Positions 52,433-64,000 of a stretch of 64,000 nucleotides of DNA are shown piece by piece (the first letter of the stretch is position 1; each line of letters starts with the position of its first letter). The notes below the pieces were generated by a model. The model saw only the letters and a list, made by a program, of their open reading frames with translations. It searched no databases and was not told the origin of the DNA. The position numbers and the translations under genes were made by a program. This DNA is from Octopus sinensis (taxonomy: Eukaryota): contig NC_043002.1 in NCBI RefSeq assembly GCF_006345805.1, positions 118,234,001 to 118,298,000 on the forward strand. Reading direction: 5' to 3'.

Positions 52433-52473
<41 letters not shown>

Positions 52474-52588
52474 CTATATATACATACATAGATATATATA
52501 TTATATGTATATATATTATATATATAAATAATATATATATCATATATATTTACACATATACATATATATATATGTATATATTATACAC

Positions 52589-52643
<55 letters not shown>

Positions 52644-52781
52644 CATACATATATATATATAAATATTCATTATATATATATATATATATAATATATATAC
52701 ATATACATACATATATATATATAATATATCATATAATATATATACATATACATATAATATATATGTATGTATATAATATAC

Positions 52782-52822
<41 letters not shown>

Positions 52823-52824
52823 CA

Positions 52825-54207
52825 TCATCATCATCATCATCGTCGTTTAACGTCCGTTCTCCATGCTAGCATGGGTTGGACGGTTCGACCGGGGTTCTGG
52901 GAAGCCAGAAGGCTGCACCAGGCTCCAGTCTAATTTGGCAATGTTTCTACAGCTGGATGCCCTTCCTAACGCCAACCACTCCGTGAGTGTAGTGGGTGCT
53001 TTTTACGTGCCACCTGCACAGGTGCCAGGCGGGGCTGGCAACGGCCACGGTCAGATTGGTGTATTTTATGTGCCACCGGCACGGAAGCCAGTCGAGGCGG
53101 TGCTGGCATCGGCCACGAGTCGGATAGTGCTTTTTACGTACCACCAGACCAGGGATCCTGGCTGGTTCAATCGATTTCGATTTCGCTTGCCCCAACATGT
53201 CTTCACAAGCAAAGGGGGTTGGCAAGGGTGCCTGTCGTACGGTCGCATTGGAGTATTTTACGTGCCACGGCCACGAGTCGGATAGTGCTTTACGTACCAC
53301 CAGACCAGGGATACTGGCTGGTTCAATTCGATTTCGATTTCGCTTGCCCCAACATGTCTTCACAAGCAAAGGGGGTTGGCAAGGGTGCCTGTCGTACGGT
53401 CGCATTGGAGTATTTTACGTGCCACGGCCACGAGTCGGATAGTGCTTTACGTACCACCAGACCAGGGATCCTGGCTGGTTCAATTCGATTTCGATTTCGC
53501 TTGCCCCAACATGTCTTCACAAGCAAAGGGGGTTGGCATGGGTGCCTGTCGTACGGTCGCATTGGAGTATTTTACGTGCCACGGCCCCGAGTCGGATAGT
53601 GCTTTTTACGTACCACCAGGCCAGGGATCCTGGCTGGTTCAATTCGGTTTCGATTTCGATTTCGATTTCGCTTGCCCCAACATGTCTTCGCAAGCATGGG
53701 GGGTTGGGATGGGTGTCTGTCGTCGGATGAGGTTCTATATCGACTTCGCTTGCCTCAACCGGTCTTTGTGTCCAAGGGAGGAAAGGCATTCATAAGTGGG
53801 CTGGGCTCACTTGTCCTGCCTGGTCTTCTCACGTACAGAATATTTCCAAAGGTCTCGGTCTCTGGTCATTTCCTCAGTGAGGCCTAAAGTTCGAAGGTCG
53901 TGCTTCACCACCTCGTCCCAGGTTTTCCTGGGTCTACCTCTTCCACGGGTTCCTCAACTGCTAGGGATTGGCACTTTCTCACACACCTATCTTCATCCAT
54001 TCTCGCCACATGACCATACCAGCGCAATCGTCTCTCTTGCACACCACAACTGATGCTTCTTAGGTACAACATTTCTCTCAAGGTGCTAACGCTCTGTCGA
54101 GTATGTACACTGACATTACACATCCATCGGAGCATACTGGCTTCATTCCTCACGAGCTTACGCATGTCCTCAGCAGTCACAGCCCATGTTTCGCTGCCAT
54201 GTAGCAT
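52825..54207 (-). mobile_element. RTE 3' fragment with amplified 3'UTR
   Basis: MLHGSETWAVTAEDMRKLVRNEASMLRWM..; ~157-bp unit repeated about 4 times in the 3'UTR; (GAT)n tail near 52825. Confidence 0.88.
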
Positions 54208-54736
54208 GGCTATATATATATATATATATATATAAATATATGTATATATATATATATATATACCATCATCATCATCACTTAGCGTCCGTTTTCCATGCTA
54301 GCATGGGTTGGACAGTTCAACTGGGGTCTGTGAAGCTGGAAGGCTGCATCAGGCCCAGTCTGACCTGGCAGAGTTTCTACGGCTGGATGCCCTTCCTAAC
54401 GCCAACCACTCCGTGAGTGTAGTGGGTGCTTCATATATATATATATATGATCTGGCATATATATATGAAGCCTAGAAAAACACACAAGTACCTCAATTTC
54501 ATCTACTAATTACTTCAGTCTACTGGAGGAATAAATTGCATAATGGAGAAGGCATCTCCATACTATTTATTTCTATGTTTCAAAGCCACTATGGACTTCT
54601 TTTACGTAACTCAAATGTGCAACACACCTGCTGAGCTGAAATTGGTAGATTTTTCACTTCTCTCTTTGCAACAATGACTTGCACTCACACTCACTCAATT
54701 GGACCTGAAGCAAAGCTAAGCTGTATGTGTATATAT

Positions 54737-55131
54737 AGGTGCAGGAGTGGCTGTGTGGTAAGTAGCTTGCTTACCAACCACATGGCTCCAGGTTCAGTCC
54801 CACTGCATGGCACCTTGGGCATGTGTCTTCTACTATAGCTTCGGGTCAACCAAAGCCTTGTGAGTGGATCTGGTGGACGGAAACTGAAAGAAGCCTGTCA
54901 TGTGTGTGTGTGTCTGTGTATGTGTGTGTGAGTGTATCTGTGTTTGTTCCCCACCCCACTTTTGCTTGAAAACCGATGTTGGTGTGTTTACATCCCCATA
55001 ACTTAGCAGTTCAGCAAAAGAGCCCAATAGTATAAATACTAGGCTTACAAAGAATAAGTCCTGGAGTTGATTTGTTTGACTAAAGGTAGTGCTCCAGCAT
55101 GACCACAGTCAAATGAATGAAACAAATAAAA
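54737..55131 (+). mobile_element. tRNA-derived SINE, same family
   Basis: Same head, linker and tail on the plus strand. Confidence 0.75.
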
Positions 55132-55455
55132 ATACAAAAGAAAAAAGAGAATTATATATGTATGTATATATATATGTATATATATATATATATATGTATA
55201 TATATAAGTATATATATGGGTAAGGGTAAAGACTGTTTGGTCATAAATGACCATGGGATTGCACCTAGAAAGGTTGTTTATGGAAGACCAGCAGTTGCCT
55301 ATGCATACCAGCTTCTCCTCTTCGTACCACTGGTATTGTCCAAGGGCTGATACAGCTTGGCACCAGTGACATCACAACCCATTTCTACGCCCGATCTAAC
55401 TCACTATCTCATGATTGTGAGCTCAATACTCTAACCACAGAGCCATGCACCTATA

Positions 55456-56328
55456 CAAGGTCTGATCAATAAGTATCCGGACTGTTGCTATAGTAACAAA
55501 GCTAAAACATGCAGAAACAGGCAGAGTAAAGCCAAAGATTGATCTTGAACTCTGCTCTACATGCGCACTAAGTTTTAGCATTCTAGTTCACTTATACTGT
55601 TTACACTAGTGCTTGGAAGGAAGGTGTGTAGCATGTGATCGTCACATTGACCATGACAGAGAAAGTTGTTGTGGTGATACCTGTTCAGAGGCCTGTGCAA
55701 AGCCGCAAAAAGTGTATGGAGAGGAGTGTATGAGCTGCACACAAGTGTACGAGTGGTTCAGATGTTTCCAAGATGGCCAAATATATGTCGATATTGATAA
55801 ACGTTCTGGGAGACCTGCAACCAGCAGAACTGAGAACAACATCGTAGATGTGCATGCAGCTGTGAGGGGAAATTGTCAAATCACCATCTGTGAGTTATCA
55901 GAGGATGTGCAGATTAGTTACGGTTCAGTCCATTATCACTGAAGATTTGGGTATGGAACATGTGTCCACCAAATTTGTGCCAAAACTGTTTTCAGCTGAC
56001 CAAAAAGACACTTGGGTTTCAGTTGTACAAGATTTCTTTGATTGTGTCGAGAATGATGCAAACTTCTTGAAATCTTTGCAGAGGCCTCTCAGCAGGTATT
56101 GCCAAGCTTTTGGCACAATTTGGTGCAGATTCTCTGCTCAACTTTGTCTGTCATGGTCAATGTGATGATCACACGCTACACAGCTTCCCTCCAAGCACTA
56201 CTGTAAACAGCTGAAGTGAGCTAGAATGCTAAAACTTAGTCTGCATGCATAGAAGAGTTCAACGTCACTCTGTGTGCTTTAGTATTCTTACTATGGCAAC
56301 AGTCCGGATACTTATTGATCAGGCCATG
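55456..56328. mobile_element. Non-autonomous mariner derivative with long inverted ends
   Basis: TIR CAAGGTCTGATCAATAAGTATCCGGACTGTTGC at both ends, inverted similarity extending about 200 bp; internal transposase N-terminal remnants (EWFRCFQDG, SGRPATSR, KFVPKL). Confidence 0.8.
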
Positions 56329-56466
56329 TGTGTGTGGGTGTGTGTGTGTGTTACACCTTTGAGTTATGTAAAACATCTTCAGATTGGCTTGAAAACATAT
56401 GTAGCATGGATTGGCCTCTTCCATTCCCTACACTCTTAAATTTATATATGTATACATAATATGTAT

Positions 56467-56806
56467 GAAGGCGCATGGCTCAGTGGTTAGAGCGTCGAGC
56501 TTACGATCATGAGGTTGTGGGCTCGAATCCCGGACCGGGCTACGTGTTGTGTTCTTGAGCAAGGCACTTTATTTCACATTGCTCCAGTTCACTCAGCTGT
56601 AGAAATGAGTTGCGACGTCACTGGTGCCAAGCTGTATCGACCTTTGTCTTTCCCTTGGATAACACTGGTGGCGTGGAGAGGGGAGGTCGGTATGCATGGG
56701 CGACTGCTGGTCTTCCATTAACAACCTTGCCCGGACTTGTGTCTAGGGGGTAACTTTCTAGGTGCAATCCCATGGTCATTCATGACCGAAGGGGGTCTTT
56801 ACCCTT
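56467..56806 (+). mobile_element. Second tRNA-derived SINE family
   Basis: GGCGCATGGCTCAGTGGTTAGAGCG..GGGCTCGAATCCCGG head, then TGTGTTCTTGAGCAAGGCAC central domain; reverse copies near 45390-45745 and 55215-55450. Confidence 0.7.
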
Positions 56807-58333
56807 TATGTATGTATGTATATGACAAGAGAGAAAGAGAGTCAGTAGAGAGGGGAAAAGAGAGATTATTTTGGTTAGTACCCTTCTTATGACTTAGCAT
56901 TATCATTAATTTTTTTTTCGTGTAAGCAAACTTCTTGTCTCAAAGACTTTTCAAAAGCCAGTTGTAATCTCCAGCTTCTTAGTATTAAGAAGATAAAACA
57001 AAAATCTCACCACCTGGATAGGATAGAAGTCTATCATGAATAACTCTCTAAATTTATCTGGGGCATTTTCTTGATAACTAAAGGAACTAAGAAATGTAAC
57101 ATTAACTGTTCAGTTCGTGTTTATAATGAAGCAGTTAAGTATTCCATTATCAAAATCAATTCAACCGTTTTGTTTCTATCATCAATACTCAATCAATATT
57201 AATATTGATTTTTAACCTAAGCACAAAGCTACATTTGAAAAGAAAGAAAATGTGAAATTGTAATGTTCGTTCTGTTCTAAAAAGCATTAACAATATAAGT
57301 AAAGTAAAATAGCTGTAATCAAGAAGGAAAATTAGGCCACAGACTTGATTCACCCAGAATTCATCCTTTGAAGAAGAATATTATTTCAATAATGCTATAT
57401 TGCTATTGATATACCTCACATATGGTCAAGGTTTCTTTTGTGTGTGTGTGTGTGTGTGTCCAGTGTATGTGTACTTTTGTTGAATTACATTAGCAATAAA
57501 ATTATATTTCTCTTCCTCTCTCTCTTTAAACCTGACAGATTGCTGAATACAAAGCTTAATCCACTTTCTCCAGCTTTAAACAAATTCTGTGTGAGAGACA
57601 AGTATTTTTTATATTAATCTCCACTGTTCTATGCTGTATCCATCCATTGGCTGTCTATGGGTCTGTCCATCCATTTGTTCTGTCTGTCAGTCTTTTTTTT
57701 CTTTAATTATTTGAATTCTTACAAAGAAAGAAGCCAGTTTCTAACAAAGTAGCAAAGCTCTGTGGCCAGAATTTAAATTACAACAGTAAGTATTACATGT
57801 TGAATTCTTGAAAAACCTTGCACATTTTTACTGTTTTGCTAACAGACTGTATTTATAAAATGTATGCTAGCTAGTTGCTTTCTTTGCCTGAAAATCCTAA
57901 CTTTTTGAGATTGTTACTTAAGTATTTACCAACATAGCAAAGCAAACTTCCTAACTTCACAGCCATGCTGTGTGGTTTCAGATGCAGGCTCACTGCGCAG
58001 CATCTTGGGCAAGTGTCTTTACTACTGTTGCAAGCCAATTAACTCTTCAGCATTCCTCTGTCAAATGTGATGCTTATTTATTCTCATTACTTTAACTTTT
58101 ATCATTCATTATCTTATAGCTTCAAGATTTTAATGATGTGATTGTTTATTTTTAGAATGTCATTGTAGGGTAGGTGTGAGAAGCCAGATCTATCTGGTCT
58201 GAACATAAAACAAGTAGAATATTTGGGCTGGTTTAAATGCTGAAGGGCTAAAGCCTTTAGAATGGATTTAGTAGATAGAAACTGAAATACAACCATCTGT
58301 CTGCATGTATGTGTGTGTGCATGCATGCATGCA

Positions 58334-58371
<38 letters not shown>

Positions 58372-61060
58372 TATCTGTTTAAATCTACACATGCTTCTAC
58401 AAATAAACTTCTGTTAGTTACGAAGAACACAGCCTTTTTAATTTAGATTGGAATAGAAAAAAGTCTGACCCATCAATACTCAGTGCAGAATCAGATATCT
58501 TTAACTAAGAAAACTGGAGAGGAAACGTTTTTATAGCTAATATACTTTCAGAGATGGGATAGGCTCAACACTGCAGGTCATGAGAAATGATAATATTCCC
58601 AACCCCCACCCAGTCTTTTGAACAACAAACAACTCAGTGGATGGACATCATTTAATGGAGAATTGCCTGCAAATGACACTGCCTGAAGAACTTGGAGAAA
58701 TATTATCTTACTAGGAATCAAGCGAGGGTTAGTGGTAGGAAGATCATGCAGCCATAAAGAAATCTGTCTCAACAAAGTTTTGTCTGACAAATGTAAATAA
58801 GTATGAAAAAGTAGAAAATAAAGTGATGATAGTACTGGTGGTGGTGGTGGTGGTTACATTTTGTACATAACACTTTCAGTAATTCTATATATACTTATCT
58901 ACCATAACAATTTAAAATGATGTTGAAAACAATAATAATAATAATAACAATAATCAACTTGTTGTCTCTTGAGGTCTCTGGGTGAGACTTGGAGTCAACT
59001 TGTACAAATGTAAGGCAAAAGTCAAACATAAAATAATAATAATAATTATCAGTGATAAACCCTTAATCTTTAAATGCTATCTGATATAAAAAGAACTTAA
59101 TTCATTGAGTCTTTATCAATTTTTTACCAATTTGTATTAAATTACTTAGTATTGAAAGTAGCTACTGTATTCAAAATATATGTAAGGAATATGTAAAATC
59201 CTGCCAGAAGTACTAGCCAAATCTCTTTCAATGCACTATTTTATCTTTAAAAGAAGGTACATTGGCTAGTAGAGTCCAAGACACATTCTGCCAGTGAAAT
59301 CAACTGGATTGCCATAAAAGGAAAAATTTCATCATGTCTTTTACATTCAAGCTAACCAGGGATTAAATAATGACTTCTGGTAAATAACGAGTCAAACTTA
59401 TGGAACCAACGATTTATTAATTAATATAAAGAATAAGTTCTAATCTTAAGCTGATAGTTTCTATTTTAATTTCTTATGTCCATGGTGGCTTCTTCTTGCA
59501 AGTAAGCTTGATTGACAAGTGAGGCAGGAAAGCACTTGAAAGGAAAACACTTGAAAATAATCCAGCTTGCTACTATGAGGCATTGTAATAAATGTTTTAT
59601 AAGAGCTTGTGTTGAATAACGGAATACTTTCTATTTATGACAGATGTAGTTGACATCAATAAACAGTTTTAAAAACTTTTGGTTTAAGAAATAAATAATT
59701 CATAAGAGAAATATAGGTATGTGTGTGTATGCCATGATTCTCTATTATGTGTATGGGAATATGTGTGAATGTGTTTGTGTGAGTGTGTGAGTGTGTGTGT
59801 GTGAGTGTGTGTATGTGTGAGTGTGTGTGTGTGTGTGAGTGTGTGTATGAATTTGTGTATTTGGTGTAAGCACTATGTCTGTGTTATTGTTATTGTTGTG
59901 TGTGTGTATAATTGGTGTCAGCAGTATGTCTATGTTGCAGTGTGGGAGAGAGAATCTTTGTGTGAAGCTGCATTGAAGTTGTGTGTCTCCACATGAGGAA
60001 GAGAACATAATTGCAATTGATAAAGAGACGAAGTGTATAAGAGAATGAGATAGAGCATGTGAAAGAGAGAGAGAGAAAGACACACACACACACACATGTG
60101 CATATATGATAGGCTTTTCCCAGTTTCTGTTTGCTTAATTTCATACACAAAACAGTGATCTATAGTAGAAAGCACCAATCAACAGTTTCCATGCAGTAAG
60201 AGAGAATCCTAACCCTTGGCCCTGAAATGAATTCCTTAACCTCATGGCTATGCATGCACTTATAAGTGTATAAAGAATTTTTCTGTACAATTCCTTCTTT
60301 GAAACTAAACAAGTTGATAGCAAAATCATTCTCCACCATTTTATCCATCCATCTGCCCATCTTCTCCACCCACTATTCTTGGGAGGAAGGTCTTCAGGCA
60401 CCTCTTTCATTGGGTCCTATCAGAAATAACTGTCATTACAACTTCCAGCTGGATTCCCAATCATGACCAACTGAAACTGTGGATATTAACCCTAACTCTC
60501 TTGCCGGTTAGATAGGCTTGAAGAACTTGTCTTGTGATTCTTTCTCCTCTAGCCTCTTAACTTTTTCAGTATGGTCATCTTTCACTTCTAACTTCATTTA
60601 CATATTTATTGACAAAATAATTGAATGTGAGCCAAAGTAGAGGCCCTTTTAAGGTCACTTGATCTGCTTGAAATAGGTTAGGATTCTCTCTCTCTCACTG
60701 CATGGAAACTGTTAACTGGAATATGCTCACTTCAACACTATTCACATTATTTTTGGATGTTGTAAGGTGGCAAACTGGCAGAACTGTTATCACATCAGAC
60801 AAAATGCTTGATAGCATTTTGTGTCTTTATGTTCTGAGTTCAAATTCTACTGAGGTTGACTTTACCTTTCAACCTTTTGGGTGGACAAAATAAATACCAG
60901 TCAAGTACTGGGGTCATTGTAATCAACCTCCCTCTCTTCTGGAGAACCATTATTTCTGGGTAATGTAACTGAAAGAAGGACCAGTGAACTCACATGTAGA
61001 TCTGCACAAGAGAAGATGGTGAGCTGCTGAATATATCTAAACTAAAGAACCACCACGATA

Positions 61061-61464
61061 TACTCTCTTTTACTTGTTTCAGTCATTTGACCGCGGCCAT
61101 GCTGGAGCACCACCTTTAGTCGAGCAAATCGACCCCAGGACTTATTCTTTGTAAGCCTAGTACATATTCTATCGGTCTCTTTTGCAAAACCGCTAAGTTA
61201 CGGGGACGTAAACATACCACCATTGGTTGTCAAGTGATGTCGGAGGGACAAACACAGACATAGAAACACACATACACACACACATATATACATATACATA
61301 TATACGACGGGCTTCTTTCAGTTTCCGTCTACCAAATCCACTCACAAGGCTTTGGTCAGCCCGAGGCTATAGTAGAAGCCACTTGCCCAAGGTGCCATGC
61401 AGTGGGACTGAACCCGGAACCATGTGGTTGGTAAGTAAGTTACTTATCACACAGCCACTCCTGT
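61061..61464 (-). mobile_element. tRNA-derived SINE, same family
   Basis: Full-length similarity to 17413-17807. Confidence 0.75.
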
Positions 61465-61467
61465 GCA

Positions 61468-62330
61468 TTTACGAACTTCTTTTTGCTGATGACTAATCTC
61501 TAGTAGCTCATTTTCTAGAAGATATTCAGAAAACTCGCACTATTTTGAATATATAGTGTCAGCTTTCAGTTTGTCATTAAACGCAAAACAGACTGAAGTC
61601 TTGTACCATCCTGCATCTGGATTGCTGAGAACATGCACCTCTGACAATCAGGGTTGTGAATATGCCTCTAAAAGAGATGAAGAAGCTCACACATTTGGGA
61701 AAAAAAGGTTTCTGATAATGAGAGCCTGGATGTAGAGTTGGATCACTGCATACAGTCAGCTGCACTCACTTTGGGAAGCTCAATGACTGATTGAGAAAAC
61801 AACATGGCATAAAACTGCCATTGAAACACCAAGTATGCCAAGCAATAGCAATATTCTGTCTGTTGTATTCTACTAAGACCTAAACACTGTATCATTGGTA
61901 TTCCAAGAAAACTGATGTGCTGCCAAGAGGTCCTCCAGTGTGCAAAGATGCTTAGTAGTAAGTCTATCCTGTTGCAATTTCAGTACTGGGCGGTACACGT
62001 GATCCAAATGGAGGACACTAATATCCCCAAGACTTGTACTCTTAGTAGTTGAAATGTAGAAGCCATCAAAGAGTTTGTCATAACCTCCATTATAAGGATG
62101 TTATCAAATGACATCTCAATGAAAAAATGGTCTGATGGTAACTGTATGGGAGAAGACAGTGACCATTTACAAATAATGGCTGAGGGCTACTAAGAAAGGA
62201 ATAAAAGTTGCAAAGTCAAATTAGATGAAATAACAGTAAGAAAAGAGAGAAAAGGCTATTGAAAGATGCACTACAACCTGCATTTAGAGTTCTGCCAGTA
62301 CCTTTGGTCTATAGTCATTTGAAAGAGCAA
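61468..62330 (+). mobile_element. Decayed RTE/BovB-like fragment
   Basis: YELLFADD followed by degenerate downstream RTE-like sequence. Confidence 0.55.
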
Positions 62331-62664
62331 AACACCATTGAAGAAGTTTCTTCACTGTACTTAGAGAAAAAAAAAGAGAGAGAGAGAGAGAGACCTGTTT
62401 TGCAACCAAATTAAACTCAGTTGTGAGTGCCAACCAAGATTTAGATTCTTAGATTGGGTCCAAGCTAAAAATGCCTAAATTGTCACGGTTTGGTGTCAGT
62501 ATATTCACAGATAATGTCATGGAATACAATTTTATTTTTCTTAGCAAATTTGAACAAACTTTGTGGTATATTATATCATAAATTTATTTTTCAATGAAAT
62601 GATTTCTTATATTAATACAAAACTGCACATCTGATAAAAAAGGGATGGGTCAGTAAACCAACCT

Positions 62665-62697
<33 letters not shown>

Positions 62698-62855
62698 CAC
62701 CGTGACCGACCAGGATATCAGATATTGCTACACATCGCTGATCACAATGCACTTTGCATTGTTTTAGCCTTCAAATGACACCACCCCACTAGCTAAGCGA
62801 GCAGGCCAATATATATATATATATATATATATTCACTGGCTAAGTGAGCAGGTGA

Positions 62856-62915
<60 letters not shown>

Positions 62916-62919
<4 letters not shown>

Positions 62920-63988
62920 GGAAAATATGAAAAATCAATGAAAATGCACATTGTAACGAAAAAACCTATGCATTAATGTCCCTCCCCCTACTGACCTCAA
63001 ACTGAGACCCATCATAGCTGGCCCTTCTTGTGAAACCCACCGTTTGAGCAACTTCCTCGACATATTACTCAAACCTTTTTTAAAATATGTGAAAAGCTTT
63101 ATCAGGGATGACCTAGACATGCTGAACCACCTCCCGGAGACAGTAAAGGAAGGAACCCTGCTGGTATCTTTCGATGTGGTGAATCTGTACACCAATATCC
63201 CACACGACTATGGTATAGAAGCAATCACATTCTGGCTAGAAAAATACCCAGAAGAGATCCCAGGACGCATTAACCACAGTTTTATAATTGAAGCACTCAA
63301 ATTCATCCTGCTGAACAATCATTTCATGTCTGATACAACTTACTATTGACAAAAATGTGGAATTGCAATGGGAACCAGAGCTGCTCCAGTGATTGCAAAC
63401 CTTGTAATGGGTTACCTAGAACTCAAGTTATACCAATCATCACTAGAAAAATATGGCGCCTCTTTCAATTGCTATTTAAAGGAGAACTGGAAGAGATATT
63501 TGGATGATTGCTTCATACTTTGAAAAGACAGCATGGATAAACTCCTTGATTTCAAAATAATGCTCAACAACATACACAGCAATATAGAATTCACTATGGA
63601 ACACAACAGTAAACAACTCCCTTTTCTAGACATCTTAATTAAAATAGTTAACAACTACATAGAAACAGACATCTTTTATAAACCCACAGATTCTAAACAA
63701 TACCTATTATTTAACTCTTGCCACCCCAAACACATAAAAATTGATATACCCTTTAATCTAGCAAAGAGAATCTGTACCATAGTTTCGGATACATATACTC
63801 GTGAACAAAGACTCCTTGAACTTAGATCAACAGTAATTAAAAGACATTACCCAATCTCATTAATAAATGAAGCCATTAAGAGAGCTAAGGAAATAGATGT
63901 ACTAATTTTAAGGCAAACCAGTCGAAAAACTAAACCAAACTTAGAAATACTCAGGTACTTATTCAATCAGTTACATTTGCCAAACTAG
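62916..63988 (+). mobile_element. Penelope-like element reverse transcriptase, 5'-truncated and disrupted
   Basis: LRPIIAGPSCETHRLSNFLDILLKP..SFDVVNLYTNIPH..GIAMGT..KRYLDD..LPFLDILI..TDIFYKPTDSKQYL..SCHP: PLE-type RT. In-frame stops near 63349 and 63521. Begins directly after a (TA)n tract. Confidence 0.85.
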
Positions 63989-64000
63989 ACAGTTTGGCAA

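Noticed and set aside
56467-56545. tRNA-like sequence
   Set aside because: Head of a SINE continuing into repeat body; no complete cloverleaf acceptor stem.

Overview
AT-rich, repeat-dense eukaryotic genomic DNA, most likely an octopus (inferred from the recurrent tRNA-derived SINE families and RTE LINEs typical of Octopus genomes; not verified by search). The only host coding sequence I can support is a single EF-hand first exon on the minus strand (39452-39625). It resembles Rab11 family-interacting protein 3/4, ends in a GTGAGT donor and sits under a CpG-rich promoter; no downstream exon was recognised, so most of 1-39451 is probably a very long intron. The rest is transposon material: RTE LINEs (one family carries a PHD-type finger after the RT), a CR1-like LINE, a BovB-like RTE, a decayed Gypsy pol, three Tc1/mariner derivatives, MITE-like hairpins, many SINEs and several Penelope-like element (PLE) fragments lodged in (TA)n tracts. 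The most notable signal is a set of unrelated type I hammerhead ribozyme motifs: one in a non-coding ~535-bp unit arranged as a full inverted copy + direct copy + 56-bp re-entry (retrozyme-like, 15934-17060), two in a tandemly duplicated PLE tail (25532-25617, 26582-26667), a minimal CCGACGA-core variant (51746-51783), and a fossil one behind a decayed PLE endonuclease. All structures were read by eye; none were folded or searched computationally.
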